Below the pieces are notes generated by a model. That model saw only the letters and a program-made list of their open reading frames with translations. It did no database searches and was not told where the DNA came from. Shown here in pieces: positions 36,098 to 47,762 of a stretch of DNA of 64,000 nucleotides. Numbering within the stretch: position 1 is the first letter of the stretch; each line of letters begins with the position of its first letter. Origin of the DNA: an uncultured Acidobacteriota bacterium (GTDB lineage Bacteria > Acidobacteriota > UBA6911). The stretch covers positions 224,001 through 288,000 of the forward strand of contig CAWEJX010000006.1 of assembly GCA_963809485.1 (NCBI GenBank), written 5' to 3'. The position numbers and the translations under genes are program-made.

Positions 36098-38020
36098 TTA
36101 AGCCGGCGCAGGCTTGCCTTTAGGATTGATCAGCTGCGGCAGCGGAGAGTGGCCGGGAGCCTTTTCCCTGGCCGGCCGTCCCTCGGAATCCGCATCCGAT
36201 GCGGCCTCAGGTCTGGGCTTCAAGGGCTGCCCTTTGATGATCGCCTCAATCTCGCAGCTGTCAAGGGTTTCAAATTCGAGCAGTGCTTCGGCCAGGCGGA
36301 TCAGGGTTGCCCGGTTTTCCTCCAGGGTCTTCCATGCACGATTGTGACCCTCTTCCACAATCCGCTTCACTTCATGGTCGATTCGAATAGCAGTGTCCTC
36401 GCTGTAGTCGCGATGCTGCGCAATTTCCCTGCCCAGGAATATCTGTTCCTCCTTTTTCCCGAAGGCCAGCGGCCCCATAACAGGGCTCATCCCCCACTCC
36501 GTTACCATCTTCCGGCTGCGCTCCGTGGCAACCTCGATGTCGTTGGCCGCTCCTGTAGTCTCCATGTTCAGAAACATCTTCTCGGCGCAACGCCCGCCCA
36601 TCAGGATGGCAATCTGGCCCTCGATATATTCCCTGGTATAGTTGTGCCTATCCGTTTCCGGAAGCTGCTGAGTCAGGCCCAGCGCCATGCCGCGAGGGAT
36701 TATGGTTACCTTGTGCAGGGGATCGCTTTCGGGAATCATGCAGGCAACCAGCGCATGCCCGGCCTCGTGGTAAGCGGTGACCTTCTTGTCGCTCTCGGTG
36801 ATGACCATGGACTTGCGTTCCTTGCCCATGAGGACCTTGTCCTTGGCCCCTTCAAAGTCGCTCATCAATACGACTTTTCTGCTGTAGCGGGCGGCGTTCA
36901 ATGCGGCCTCGTTTACGAGGTTCGCCAGGGCAGCTCCGGAAAATCCCGGCGTCCCCCGGGCAATCACGGACACGTCGACATCATCGGAAACAGGGATTTT
37001 GCGCGTGTGAACTTTCAGGATGCCTTCCCGCCCCCGGATATCCGGAAGCGGAACGATCACCTGCCTGTCGAATCGGCCGGGTCTGAGCAGGGCGGGATCG
37101 AGAACGTCCGGCCGGTTGCTGGCCGCGATCAGGATCACACCGTCGTTGGATTCAAATCCATCCATTTCCACCAGCAGCTGGTTCAGGGTCTGCTCTCGCT
37201 CATCATGCCCGCCGCCCAACCCTGCCCCGCGGTGCCGTCCCACGGCATCGATTTCATCAATGAAGATGATGCAGGGAGCATTCTTTTTCCCCTGCTCGAA
37301 CAGGTCTCTCACCCTGCTGGCGCCCACTCCGACGAACATCTCGACAAAATCCGATCCGCTGATGGAAAAAAACGGAACGTTCGCCTCTCCGGCAATCGCG
37401 CGGGCCAGCAGCGTTTTCCCTGTTCCGGGAGGCCCCATGAGCAGCACACCCTTGGGTATGCGGCCGCCCAGCTTTTGAAATTTTTGAGGCTCCTTGAGAA
37501 ATTCTATGATTTCCGTCAGCTCTTCCTTGGCTTCCTCAACTCCGGCGACGTCTTTGAACGTTACTTTCTTTTGCTGGCTTGACAGCAGGCGAGCGCGGCT
37601 TTTCCCGAAGGAAAGGGCTTTGTTGCCGCCGCTTTGCATTTGCCGCATCAGGAAAATCCAAAATCCGATCAGAAGGATAAAGGGCAGCCATGAGGACAGG
37701 AATACATACATGAGCGACGAGTTGGAGGATTTCTCTATCTTTACCGATACTCCGTTCTGCTGCAGGTCCTTTACCAGATCCCAGCTCGCCTCGGCCGGAA
37801 TAACGGTCTTGAACTTCCTGCCGCCGGCATCTTCTCCTTCAAGATCTTCGCCCATGATCCTGACGGATTTAATTTTCTTTGCCGTCATCTCCTGGTGGAA
37901 AGACGTAAAGTCCTTCTCTTCAATGTTGACGTCCCTGATGTTGTGGAACAGTTGCCACAAAAGCACCAGGGAAACCACTATCGCCAACCAGACCAGGACA
38001 TTTTTTAGATTGGTGCTCAA
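36098..38020 (-). CDS. ftsH: ATP-dependent zinc metalloprotease FtsH
   Basis: Two TM segments, [20 protein letters not shown]. Confidence 0.98.
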   Translation of the reverse strand: MSTNLKNVLVWLAIVVSLVLLWQLFHNIRDVNIEEKDFTSFHQEMTAKKIKSVRIMGEDLEGEDAGGRKFKTVIPAEASWDLVKDLQQNGVSVKIEKSSNSSLMYVFLSSWLPFILLIGFWIFLMRQMQSGGNKALSFGKSRARLLSSQQKKVTFKDVAGVEEAKEELTEIIEFLKEPQKFQKLGGRIPKGVLLMGPPGTGKTLLARAIAGEANVPFFSISGSDFVEMFVGVGASRVRDLFEQGKKNAPCIIFIDEIDAVGRHRGAGLGGGHDEREQTLNQLLVEMDGFESNDGVILIAASNRPDVLDPALLRPGRFDRQVIVPLPDIRGREGILKVHTRKIPVSDDVDVSVIARGTPGFSGAALANLVNEAALNAARYSRKVVLMSDFEGAKDKVLMGKERKSMVITESDKKVTAYHEAGHALVACMIPESDPLHKVTIIPRGMALGLTQQLPETDRHNYTREYIEGQIAILMGGRCAEKMFLNMETTGAANDIEVATERSRKMVTEWGMSPVMGPLAFGKKEEQIFLGREIAQHRDYSEDTAIRIDHEVKRIVEEGHNRAWKTLEENRATLIRLAEALLEFETLDSCEIEAIIKGQPLKPRPEAASDADSEGRPAREKAPGHSPLPQLINPKGKPAPA

Positions 38021-38208
38021 ATGAGAAACCTCCGAACGGAAATTTGAGCCTCATCGCCTGCCGTAAAGCAAACCGAACGGTGAGTCGCCAAATGTCCATT
38101 TTCCATTATACCAGAGCCCTCCACGGATACGGCATTTTCATTATAATTCTCAGAACAAATATAAGATCCGTGATTCGGGGCGCAAATCCCGGCATCAGTG
38201 CGACCGGC

Positions 38209-39651
38209 TCATTTCGAGGTCTGATCCTTGCATCCGGCGTCCTGGATCGCGTTTCCCGCATCTTCTTTGATTTCAATCATGACGCAGGTTCCCGATCCTG
38301 GGCGGGCTTCATAGGATCGTGCCGGCCTGAAGCCGGGAATCCAGATGACGTCATCCCCTGCAGCAACCATCGGGATGAACGAGCGCCTCTCCGAAGGTAT
38401 TTTTCTGTCAATCAGCATTTTTTTCACCTTGCGGTGGCCGGGTCCGCCGTACCGGTCGCCGGCGATCCTGGATCGGATCGTAAGGATCGGAGGCAGCGCC
38501 GACTGATGCAAATAAGCCCGGCTCAAACACATATCCTTTATCGTCTCCGGATCCGGAGTACTGCAGATTGCGGCGCTGAATATTCTGCCGGCCTCAGGGA
38601 CGCGGCAAATCCCCGGAAGGGGGAATCTGTAGCGAAACGGGATTCCCTCCGCGGGCTCCTGTTTTAAAAACAGCAATTGGTGAGGCCGCCGAAGGACGAC
38701 AATTCCACCGGGCAGATTGATCCGGCGGCTTCCCGAGGCGTTTGCGCAGAGCGACAGGATGTCCTCGATATGCGCGGATGAGATTCCGCGCAGCGATCCC
38801 TGGAACTCTTTCAGAGCGAGGCGCAGGACCTGTTTTTGCAGCGCAGCCTGAAGGTCGAAAAGATCCTTTATTTTCAAGGAAATGCCGTCGTCAACAGAGC
38901 GGCTGATAGCCTGGTATTGCTGTCTTGCCTGGGCTTCCAGGAAAGCCCAGGTTTCGCGGGCTTGACCGGCTTCGCGGGCAAGAGTCCTTTTGAGTTGCGG
39001 ATTAAGGTACTTTTCAAGATAGGGGATCACTTCCCGCCGGATGCGGTTCCTGGAATGCCGCAGATCCGTGTTGGTGGAATCCTCCCGATATGCGATTTTG
39101 TGCCGCTTCAGGTAATCCAGGATCAGGCCGCGCGAGCATTCGATCAAAGGACGAATGATCAGCCCGTCCACGACGGGATATATGGCGGAAAGTCCCTCGA
39201 TTCCGCTGCCTCGTATGATGCGGAACAAGGCGGTTTCGGCCTGATCGTCTAGGTTGTGCCCGACGGCGATCTTCTGCGCCTTTTCCCTGGATGCGATGCG
39301 GCGCAGGAAATCGTATCGCAGCCGGCGCGCGAGTTCTTCCAGGTTCTGCCTGGTTTCGGCCGCCTGGCGTTTCACCTCGATGGTTTCCGAAACAAACTGA
39401 ATGCCCAGATCGGCGCACATGCGGCGGACAAAATCCTCGTCGGCGTCGGCCTCCGGCCCACGTATGTGGTGATTGAGGTGGGCTACTGTGAGGGACAGAT
39501 TCAGGCGCGGAGCCAGCTTATTCAGGCACAGCAGAAGGGCCGTGGAATCGGCGCCGCCGGATACGGCCACGATCACGCGGTCGCCCGATGCAAGCATCCC
39601 ATATTTGCATAGGGTTCTATATGCCCGTATTTCCATCGTTACGATAGCCAT
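38209..39651 (-). CDS. tilS: tRNA(Ile)-lysidine synthetase
   Basis: [37 protein letters not shown]. Confidence 0.95.
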   Translation of the reverse strand: MAIVTMEIRAYRTLCKYGMLASGDRVIVAVSGGADSTALLLCLNKLAPRLNLSLTVAHLNHHIRGPEADADEDFVRRMCADLGIQFVSETIEVKRQAAETRQNLEELARRLRYDFLRRIASREKAQKIAVGHNLDDQAETALFRIIRGSGIEGLSAIYPVVDGLIIRPLIECSRGLILDYLKRHKIAYREDSTNTDLRHSRNRIRREVIPYLEKYLNPQLKRTLAREAGQARETWAFLEAQARQQYQAISRSVDDGISLKIKDLFDLQAALQKQVLRLALKEFQGSLRGISSAHIEDILSLCANASGSRRINLPGGIVVLRRPHQLLFLKQEPAEGIPFRYRFPLPGICRVPEAGRIFSAAICSTPDPETIKDMCLSRAYLHQSALPPILTIRSRIAGDRYGGPGHRKVKKMLIDRKIPSERRSFIPMVAAGDDVIWIPGFRPARSYEARPGSGTCVMIEIKEDAGNAIQDAGCKDQTSK

Positions 39652-39880
39652 GAATTCCGGAATGCTCCGCGCGTCGCCGAATCGGCCAAAATTAATGTTA
39701 TACTCTTTAGCTTGCGTTTCTCACAGACTTTCGTGCCCCGGCAGCAGCGGCCTTCCCGGCTACTCCTACAAAGAGGGTTTTTGGGAAATTGCATCCGGTG
39801 TTGAGGACGTCCGCGACAGGGCCCTTTTTTTATTGAGAACTGCGGCGCTCCAGGTTTCTGAGCATTTTAAGGAGGCATCC

Positions 39881-40852
39881 ATGGCCTTCCCGGCAACTCG
39901 ACCCAGACGGCTTCGCATGAGCGAAATCGTTCGGAAAATGGTCCGCGAAACCCGGCTTTCGCCCGACCAGTTCATTTATCCTATGTTTGTCTGTCCCGGT
40001 GAAGGAGTCAAAAAGGAGATCTCCTCGATGCCGGGAAACTACCATTGGTCCGTCGACACGCTGGTTGAAGAGGTGCGCTCGGTCAAGTCTCTTGGGATCT
40101 CCGGGATTATGCTCTTCGGCATTCCGGAAAAAAAAGATGATCGCGCGACTTCCGCATATGACGATCACGGCGTGGTGCAGGAAGCGGTGCGGGCGCTGAA
40201 AAGGGAAGTACCGGGGATTCTCGTGATCACGGATGTCTGCCTTTGTGAATACACGGCCAACGGCCACTGCGGCCTGGTCAAAGGCGAGGAGATCCTTAAC
40301 GACGAAAGCCTGGAGTTGCTTGCTTTGTCCGCGCTGTCTCACGCAAAAGCGGGCGCCGACCTGGTTGCGCCTTCCGACATGATGGATGGAAGAGTGGGAG
40401 CCATACGGACGCTGCTGGACAAGAACGGGTTTCAGAATGTTCCGATCCTTTCCTACGCGGTCAAGTATGCATCCGGGTATTACGGGCCGTTTCGCGAGGC
40501 GGCCGATTCGGCGCCCGCGTTCGGCGACCGGCGCAGCCATCAGATGGACCCCGCGAACGCCCGTGAGGCTTTGAGAGAGGTGGACCTCGATATTGAAGAG
40601 GGTGCGGACATATTGATGGTTAAGCCGGCGGGGCCGTACCTGGACATCATTCGCATGCTTCGGGACCGCTATGCGCATCCGCTGGCGGCCTACCAGGTAA
40701 GCGGAGAGTACTCGGCGCTCGTGGCGGCCGGGCAGCTGGGATGGCTGGATCTTGAGCGCACGATGCTAGAATCGCTGACGGGGATCCGCCGCGCCGGGGC
40801 GGATATCATTTTGACTTACTTTGCGAAGGATGCCGCCAGGCTGCTGTCCTGA
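39881..40852 (+). CDS. hemB: Porphobilinogen synthase (Zn type)
   Basis: RBS AAGGAGG; [41 protein letters not shown]. Confidence 0.97.
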   Translation: MAFPATRPRRLRMSEIVRKMVRETRLSPDQFIYPMFVCPGEGVKKEISSMPGNYHWSVDTLVEEVRSVKSLGISGIMLFGIPEKKDDRATSAYDDHGVVQEAVRALKREVPGILVITDVCLCEYTANGHCGLVKGEEILNDESLELLALSALSHAKAGADLVAPSDMMDGRVGAIRTLLDKNGFQNVPILSYAVKYASGYYGPFREAADSAPAFGDRRSHQMDPANAREALREVDLDIEEGADILMVKPAGPYLDIIRMLRDRYAHPLAAYQVSGEYSALVAAGQLGWLDLERTMLESLTGIRRAGADIILTYFAKDAARLLS

Positions 40853-40884
40853 CAGGCGGCGGATCCTGAGATCAGGGAGTTTGG

Positions 40885-42219
40885 ATGGTGAATCAAAGAT
40901 CGAAAAAGCTGTTTTCACGGGCTCAGAAGAGAATTCCGGGGGGCGTTAACAGCCCCGTGCGTGCATTCCGCAGCGTGGGCGGCGAACCGCGCTTCATCCG
41001 CTCCGGCAGGGGAAGCCATGTCGTCGATGTGGATGGAAATTCCTATATTGATTTTCTGGGGTCTTGGGGGCCTCTGATTCTCGGGCACTGCCCGCCCGAA
41101 GTGCAGGCTGCGCTTCGCGGGCAAATCTCGCTGGGCACCAGCTTCGGGGCATCGACCGAAAACGAAGTGATCCTCGCCGAAATGATCGCGGAAGCCATGC
41201 CCTCTATCGAGAAGGTCCGGCTGGTCAACTCGGGCACGGAAGCCACCATGAGCGCCATACGCCTGGCGAGAGCCTTCACGGGAAGAAACAGGATTATCAA
41301 GTTCGACGGCTGCTACCACGGGCACGTGGACAGCCTGCTGGTCAAAGCGGGATCCGGTGTTGCAACCCTCGGTCTGCCCGACAGTCTTGGCGTCCAACCG
41401 CAGGATTGCAGCTCAACTATCTCCGTAAGATTCAACGATGCCGAAATGGTTCAGCGCGTCCTGGAAGCCAACCGCTCTGAGGTCGCTGCCATCATCATCG
41501 AGCCCGTTGCGGGCAATATGGGGACGGTGCTGCCCGAGAAAGGGTTCCTCCAGCGGCTGCGCAAAATTACGCGGGAGCACGGCGTCCTGCTGATTTTTGA
41601 CGAAGTGATCAGCGGTTTCCGCCTCTCGTATGGAGGGGCCCAGGAAATCCTGAAGATCCGGCCCGATCTGACCTGCCTCGGGAAAATTATTGGCGGCGGC
41701 CTTCCGGTCGGCGCCTATGGCGGCCACCGTGAGATCATGAAATGGGTGGCGCCGGAAGGACCGGTGTATCAGGCGGGGACGTTGTCTGGAAATCCGCTGG
41801 CCGTCGCTGCGGGAATTGCGGCGTTAAAGGCGCTGAAGCAGCCGGGAGTCTACGCGAAGCTGGAACGCATGACGGCTGAGGTTGTCAGCGGGTTGCGGAA
41901 CGCGGCGGCGGAGGCCGCGGTTCCGGTCGAGATCAATACCATAGGATCGATGTTTACGGTTTTTTTCACGTCTTTGCCGGTGACCGATTTCCAGACCGCC
42001 AAGGCCAGCGATGCGGGCCGATACGCAAAGTTTTTCCATGCTTTGCTCGACAGGGGGGTGTACTTTCCGCCCTCGCAGTTCGAAACCTGTTTCGTTTCCC
42101 TGGCTCATACCTCCAACAACATCCGGGCGACCATCCACGCTGCGCGGGAGGCATTCCGGGCTGCCGCCGCGCCGCCGGAGCCGTCCTCGCCCAATCAACA
42201 TCAAATGCTGAGAAAATAA
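40885..42219 (+). CDS. hemL: Glutamate-1-semialdehyde 2,1-aminomutase
   Basis: PGGVNSPVRAF, NSGTEATMSA, FDGCYHGH, FDEV, LGKIIGGG, YQAGTLSGNP. Confidence 0.97.
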   Translation: MVNQRSKKLFSRAQKRIPGGVNSPVRAFRSVGGEPRFIRSGRGSHVVDVDGNSYIDFLGSWGPLILGHCPPEVQAALRGQISLGTSFGASTENEVILAEMIAEAMPSIEKVRLVNSGTEATMSAIRLARAFTGRNRIIKFDGCYHGHVDSLLVKAGSGVATLGLPDSLGVQPQDCSSTISVRFNDAEMVQRVLEANRSEVAAIIIEPVAGNMGTVLPEKGFLQRLRKITREHGVLLIFDEVISGFRLSYGGAQEILKIRPDLTCLGKIIGGGLPVGAYGGHREIMKWVAPEGPVYQAGTLSGNPLAVAAGIAALKALKQPGVYAKLERMTAEVVSGLRNAAAEAAVPVEINTIGSMFTVFFTSLPVTDFQTAKASDAGRYAKFFHALLDRGVYFPPSQFETCFVSLAHTSNNIRATIHAAREAFRAAAAPPEPSSPNQHQMLRK

Positions 42220-42283
42220 TATTTGTTTATTATTTTTCAGCGTACGTCAGCGTTTATCGGCGTTCGTCGGCGTTAAAATTTAT

Positions 42284-42366
42284 GGACGGGCCTCCAGAGT
42301 CGGTCTCAAAACGACTGTCGCGAGATCTTCGCCGACCCTTTTGAGACAGTCTCTTCAGAGCCGTCC
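42284..42366. repeat. Nested inverted repeat (MITE/REP-like) between convergent genes
   Basis: AGAGTCGGTCTCAAAA (42296) / TTTTGAGACAGTCTCT (to 42354), outer GGACGG/CCGTCC. Confidence 0.55.
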
Positions 42367-42457
42367 GGCTGAGACCTGACTGGGATATCAGGCCGGCCTG
42401 AGTGAATGAGCCAAAACCATCCATGGAACTCTGTTCTCACCTGCTATTTCGCCGTGA

Positions 42458-43744
42458 TTATTTTTCGGTTGGCGCGGCCTGAGTGGAAGTGCGGACGCGG
42501 ATGGAGACGGTCCTGAATCCCTCGTTTTTTTCGATGGTGAGAACCAGGCTTTGGTACCTCACCGTTTCCCCTTCCACGAGAAGGCGTCCCGTTAAATCCT
42601 GAAGAAATCCCGCCAGGGTCGCGTATTCCGGTGCCTCGGGGATCTTTTCATCAAAGAACCGGTTAAAATCCTTTATGGGCAGGTTCCCGGCCACAGAGTA
42701 GAGGTTGGGGCCCAGTTCGCGCACCGATTCTATTTCCGTATCATGCTCGTCGCGGATTTCGCCTACGATTTCCTCCAGAAGGTCCTCGAGCGTGACGATG
42801 CCTTCGACCCCGCCGAATTCATCCACCACGACCGCCATGTGCAGGTGCATGGATTGAAGCTGGCGCAGCACAATATCCAGGCGGGCGCTGTCGGGGACGA
42901 AATGAACGGGGCGCAGAAGAACCTGCAGGTTAATGGCCTCCGATTTCTGAACGTACTGCAGGAGGTCTTTGACGTTGAGTATGCCGACCACGTTATCGAA
43001 ATTCTGGCGGTATACGGGAATGCGGGAATAGTTGGTTTTTTTCACGACGTCGAGGATGATCGGGATGTCGTCGTCGATATCGACGGCCGTAACCTCGATG
43101 CGCGGGATCATGACCCCGCGCACCTGGGTTGCACCTATCTCGAAGACGTTGTGGAGCATCTCCTTTTTTTCATCCGGCATGCCTGCGCCGCCGGAGCCGG
43201 CGATTATGGCCCGGATTTCATCTTCGCTGAGGCTGTGGGCGAAGGGGCTGCCGGCGGATTCCAGGCCGGCGAGGCGGACCATCCGGTTGGCCATCCAGGC
43301 CGCAAGCCGGGAAAAGGGGGAAAGGATCCTGATGGTGAGTCGGACCGGGAGCAGAAGCTTCCGGGAGACCTGTTCCGGGTGGGCAGCCGCGATAATTTTG
43401 GGCGTCAGCTCGCAAAAAAGAAGAACAATAAGTGCGAAAACGAGCGACCCGATGAGGCCGGCCATCTCGGCATACTGGGGAGAGACCCAGGAAGTGGCAA
43501 GGTAGGAGAAGATGCCGGCAGCGGCAATTTCAGCGACAGTCACTCCGAACAGCAGGACGCCGAGCAGCCGGTCGGGATTCGACAATATCCTCTTGATGGC
43601 CTCGGCCTGCTTGTCTCCTGCTTCCGCCTGGTATTTCAGCCGGAGGCGGTTTACAGCCATGTAGGCGGTCTCGGCGGCTGAGAAAAACACCGAGAGGGCC
43701 ATGAAGAATACAAGGATGCCGATGTAGAGCAGCAGCGGAGACAA
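42458..43744 (-). CDS. CNNM/DUF21-CBS-CorC family protein
   Basis: [50 protein letters not shown]. Confidence 0.93.
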   Translation of the reverse strand: MSPLLLYIGILVFFMALSVFFSAAETAYMAVNRLRLKYQAEAGDKQAEAIKRILSNPDRLLGVLLFGVTVAEIAAAGIFSYLATSWVSPQYAEMAGLIGSLVFALIVLLFCELTPKIIAAAHPEQVSRKLLLPVRLTIRILSPFSRLAAWMANRMVRLAGLESAGSPFAHSLSEDEIRAIIAGSGGAGMPDEKKEMLHNVFEIGATQVRGVMIPRIEVTAVDIDDDIPIILDVVKKTNYSRIPVYRQNFDNVVGILNVKDLLQYVQKSEAINLQVLLRPVHFVPDSARLDIVLRQLQSMHLHMAVVVDEFGGVEGIVTLEDLLEEIVGEIRDEHDTEIESVRELGPNLYSVAGNLPIKDFNRFFDEKIPEAPEYATLAGFLQDLTGRLLVEGETVRYQSLVLTIEKNEGFRTVSIRVRTSTQAAPTEK

Positions 43745-43746
43745 GG

Positions 43747-44259
43747 TTAGGCAGAGGCCTTTGCCGAGCGTGAATACGCCTCGGAGAGCACACGGTCTAT
43801 TTGGTCTTCGACAGACTTCTCGTTCAAGCCGCGGACGGTTGCCACTTCGCTGGTTATGAGCTGTTTTGCCCGGTCCAGCATTCGTTTTTCCCGAAACGAA
43901 AGGCTTTTCTTATAGCTGAGGTACACAAGGTTTTTCAGCACCTCGGCGACCTGGAAAATGGAGCCGGTACGCATTTTTTCCGAGTGATCCTTGTAACGGC
44001 CTTTCCAGTCGGCTTCAGGCTCGAAAAAATCCTCTTCGAGGAGTTTGAAAAGCCCTTCCACGTCAGATTTTTTTATAATGCGGCGCAAACCGACGCTTTT
44101 GACGTTGGATGTGGGTACCATGACAAGGGACGCATTGGAATGAATCCGGAGCATGTAGAATTCTTCAGGTATGCCGTTTACGGAACGACGACTCACTTCC
44201 TCGATAATGCCCACCCCGTGGTTTGGATAAACAACCTTTTCACCTATACGAAAGTCCAT
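43747..44259 (-). CDS. carD: CarD/CdnL transcriptional regulator
   Basis: FRIGEKVVYPNHGVG, VMVP..VGLR, WKGRYK, LSFREKRML. Confidence 0.93.
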   Translation of the reverse strand: MDFRIGEKVVYPNHGVGIIEEVSRRSVNGIPEEFYMLRIHSNASLVMVPTSNVKSVGLRRIIKKSDVEGLFKLLEEDFFEPEADWKGRYKDHSEKMRTGSIFQVAEVLKNLVYLSYKKSLSFREKRMLDRAKQLITSEVATVRGLNEKSVEDQIDRVLSEAYSRSAKASA

Positions 44260-44280
44260 TAGTACCTCCGGGAATCTTCT

Positions 44281-44308
44281 ATTATAGCAGAGAATGGCTT
44301 GCTTTCAA
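44281..44308 (-). promoter_or_regulatory. Putative sigma-70 promoter of carD
   Basis: Minus strand TTGAAA-N16-TATAAT with TGn extended -10. Confidence 0.6.
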
Positions 44309-44327
44309 AGGAGCGTAATCCCTCATC

Positions 44328-46671
44328 CAAGGCTACGGCAAAGTCGCGGGGAGGCTGGCCCCCCCTGGGCAACCTTGGTCGATTTCGAGCATTGATTTCT
44401 CCTGATCAGCTCACATCGGGCCGACAAAATCGCCAAAACGCCATTTCATAGGCACTTCGTGCACACACTTCCGCATACCGGATAATCGAGTTATTCGGGG
44501 TGGACTGGGAAGAAACGTGGTTAGGCGCTGGTAAGGCCGATAAGCCGAAAGGTTCGGTTTCTATCCCACGAGCAGCGCCGGAGTCCTTTCGCGATGTACC
44601 TCGTTCCTGCCATGCGCAGCACGCTGATTACCAGGTTGCGTAAGGTTGCCATCACTTGAGGGCCTCCATTCTTGCGAACTCGCGAGCGGTCTTCATCGAA
44701 AGTCACATCACGGACCCAGTGAATGCCATTTTCGATCGACCAGTGCATACGGTTGAGTTCAAGCAGCCGTGCAGGCCCAGCCTCTTCAGGGGAGAGGCTA
44801 CTGATTCCATAGGATAATTCCGACCGGAGTTCGTTCCCTTTGAGGTCGGTCGTGAACCGATGCAGGAAAAAAACTTGTCCGGCATAAGGGAAATCGATGT
44901 AGCCGTTCAGTTCCGTGCTGGTCCGAATACTGCGGGTCTCAATACGGCCATGCCCTTTGGTCACATCAATGTGCTGAGGGGGGGAGAGCCTCGAGTCCGA
45001 GGTCTACGATGTCCTGCAGGAGAGTGGGTTGGTTGTCTTTGACCGTAAATACATAATCGGCCTTTTTGTCTTCCACCAAGAAGCGGGCGGTTTCTTTCTG
45101 AGTATGCATTGCATCCGCCGTAACCACGGCACCTTCGATGTTCAACTCTGCCAGCAACGGCTTAACGCGGGGAATTTCGTTGGTCTTCTCCCCGACGGCT
45201 ACCTGGGCCACGATGACTCCCTCCCGATGAAGCACGGCACTGAGCAGGTGGGGAGCCGGCTTGTCTCCATCATGGGCGCCACGGAGCGTCTTGCCGTCCA
45301 ATGCGATGCCTTCGCCTGCGAAAACCTTCTGCCGCGCCAGCCAACTGCAGATCGCGGCGTCGAATCCAGCAGCATCCAGGCGCTGCAAGGTTATGCGAAA
45401 GCATTTTTCCGAGGGAGCCTTGCTGCGCTTGCCTCCCAGACGTTTGAGCGCGTCCCGAGATAGTTCGCTCGCCCACTCGGCGATGGCCTCGAAACTCCGC
45501 GCCCCAGAAAGGCAAGCACATACTGCAATGGCCAGGATACTAATCAGCGGATGCCGTATGCCCCGGCGCTTGCGGGGATCCACAACCGTTCTCAACACAT
45601 CCAGGAGGCCATCCTCCCCTTCAATAGGAAGCCGATGGACGTCGAACACTGGAATCTTCTCCTTTCGATTTGCTACCACCGGAGGGGAGAATGCTGCTGC
45701 CAGCATTCTCTGCGTATCGGGATGCAGCGGACGCACGAACAACATCTTTGGCTGCCCATGGGAAGAATACCCGTTGCCGGATCTGGCAAATCCTCGAGTC
45801 TCTCCCAATGGAATCCAGCCAGCCGCGCGGTAGCAGGTCGCCTTGAACCGCGAGAGATCCACAAAGGTCTCAGCAAGCAAAATCGGATGCCCGTAACGCT
45901 CTTGCCAGTCAGAACTGAGGCGGCGTAGGTTGAGCGACAGAACCTTGGAAGCCAAGTTTTTGATGTGGGCTCCAGGAAGAACCCAAAAACGAACGTTGTT
46001 GGCAACCAAGTGAAGCCGACGCCACTTCAAAGCCTCGTCCCAGCCAATCCAAGCTTCACGATGACGGTTCTTCATTGCCGCCATGCCCCAAGCCAGCAGC
46101 GCCACCCATTGGTCGTCGATCGTGGCTACATAGCAGATCGATTCGCCAACGACGCTCTTAAATCCCAGGTAGTGCTGGCGCATCAACTGGCACCATCGCT
46201 GTCGTTCCTGGAGCGTGATCGGACGCACCTGCAGCCGATCCAAATGGACATCGGCAGGAATTTCCAGCGCAGGCTCCGGGATGACGTCCGGCAGTTTCTT
46301 ACGCGTGTACTTCCGCCTCCGGCCGGGCAGCTCGATCTGTCCTTGTCGTTCCAGGCGCGCAAGCAGGTCGCGGCAGGTTCGATGGTTCAGAGCTCCGTCG
46401 GACCTTCGCCAGTTCCACAATTTGCATAGTTGCACCGAAAGTTTTTGCCGGTTCCAATCGCGATGACTGGCGATCAGCTGTCGAATCTGCAGCACATCCT
46501 CTTTCGTGATCTTGCGAGAGGCACAGTGAAAAATGACTGTGCTTGGGACAGGATTCTTACCATGTGCGAGCCGGACCATGGCATCACAGTATCAGAATCG
46601 AAACAAAATTCCCAGAGGGTTCAACAAATTATTGATCTTAGATCAGTTAGAGTAACTATGACGGAGCCCTG
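44328..46671 (-). mobile_element. Complete ISAs1-family insertion sequence with 10-bp TSD
   Basis: Ends CAAGGCTACGGCAAAGT / CAGGGCTCCGTCATAGT (imperfect IR); ATCCCTCATC duplicated at 44318-44327 and 46672-46681. Confidence 0.92.
44521..46579 (-). CDS. DUF4338-ISAs1 DDE transposase fusion, split by a +1 shift at a C7 run (44978-44984)
   Basis: DUF4338 motifs VANNVRF, NLASKVL, LAETFVD, CYRAAGW; ISAs1 motifs DPRKRRG, ALDGKTLRG, KTNEIP, TADAMHTQ, VKDNQP; second ORF GHGRIETR, HWSIEN..HWVRDVTFDED. Confidence 0.9.
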
Positions 46672-47040
46672 ATCCCTCATCCATCCCCGCCAGGCACTCG
46701 CAAGGGTAAACCGGCTCCAACGGCCGTTCTCGTGGCAATACCGGCAAGATGAAGAGCAGGTGCCATGTGCGAAAGAGAACTATATACGCGGATCCGGGAA
46801 GGTTCCCACAACGGGACTTGCATTGAAACGGGATTTCCCGTTTCCTTCTCACTCCCCGCTTCCCCGCAGATAATTTTTTCAAAACCGGGTCCCCAATATT
46901 GTCCTGTAAATGGCGCCCTTTTAAACTCATGATGACAAAGGCTCTGTTTTTGGGCTTCAACTATCGACTAGAAGGATCGAAATCCCTTCGTGGATGCTGA
47001 ATCTCGAACCTCAAATTCCGAATCCCTTTGACGGGTTCGA

Positions 47041-47070
47041 TTGACTCGGGGGGAGGGCTTGGGCTACTAT
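47041..47070 (+). promoter_or_regulatory. Putative sigma-70 promoter of tRNA-Leu
   Basis: TTGACT-N18-TACTAT, ~35 bp upstream of the tRNA. Confidence 0.6.
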
Positions 47071-47104
47071 TTGCGACCACAACAGCCTAAGTGGCATCCG
47101 CATT

Positions 47105-47189
47105 GCCGAAGTGGCGGAACTGGCAGACGCACGGGACTCAAAATCCCGCGGTACTTGGTACCATGGGGGTTCGACCCCCCCCTTCGGCA
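47105..47189 (+). tRNA. tRNA-Leu(CAA), CCA not encoded
   Basis: Acceptor GCCGAAG/CTTCGGC, D loop ACTGGCA, anticodon arm CGGGA-CTCAAAA-TCCCG, long variable arm GGTAC/GTACC, GGTTCGA T arm. Confidence 0.97.
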
Positions 47190-47399
47190 CTCTCTTTAAA
47201 AGACTTACAGATTCAGCCTTTCAGTCACACCCTCAATAATGCTGTGACTTTGCCCATCGTTTGAAATTCCGACTATTATCAGACATGCAATCCAACATAC
47301 AATGGGATGCTCAACATTCAACACACGCAGGGCGGGTTTTAGTAAGCTGTCTTACATATGATGATATTTATAGAGGGTCTACTCTCTATTTGTACCTGA

Positions 47400-47762
47400 C
47401 TATTTTGTACCTGTTGCACCCTTGAATTTCTTTCCATCAATCTTTTGGATAAAGAAATACTCGGCACCCTGGTTCGCAGTATAGCCTTGGATCGTCACCT
47501 TCTTTCCGCTTTCCTTGAGGGTTTTTAGTACTTTCGGATTCTGATTGACAATAATATATTCAAAATAGGGATTTTCGCCCCTGATAAAATAGCCTCCGAG
47601 CCGTTCCATATAGTCAATCGTGCCTTGTATGGTTTCCGTTGGCGCTTTTGCCTGCATTTCAGTATGTGCTATCGTGCGCGCCTCGGAAATAACTGTACCG
47701 GTCATAGGCGCCGTGGCGAGAATGCTAAAAACAAAAAAGAAGCTCAGTATTCCTCTTATCAT
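47400..47762 (-). CDS. Small secreted hypothetical protein
   Basis: RBS GAGGAGG; signal-like N terminus; 120 aa. Confidence 0.7.
   Translation of the reverse strand: MIRGILSFFFVFSILATAPMTGTVISEARTIAHTEMQAKAPTETIQGTIDYMERLGGYFIRGENPYFEYIIVNQNPKVLKTLKESGKKVTIQGYTANQGAEYFFIQKIDGKKFKGATGTK

Noticed and set aside
44966-46579. Druantia defence system
   Set aside because: DUF4338 lies inside an IS with IRs and TSD; no DruE helicase or other dru genes
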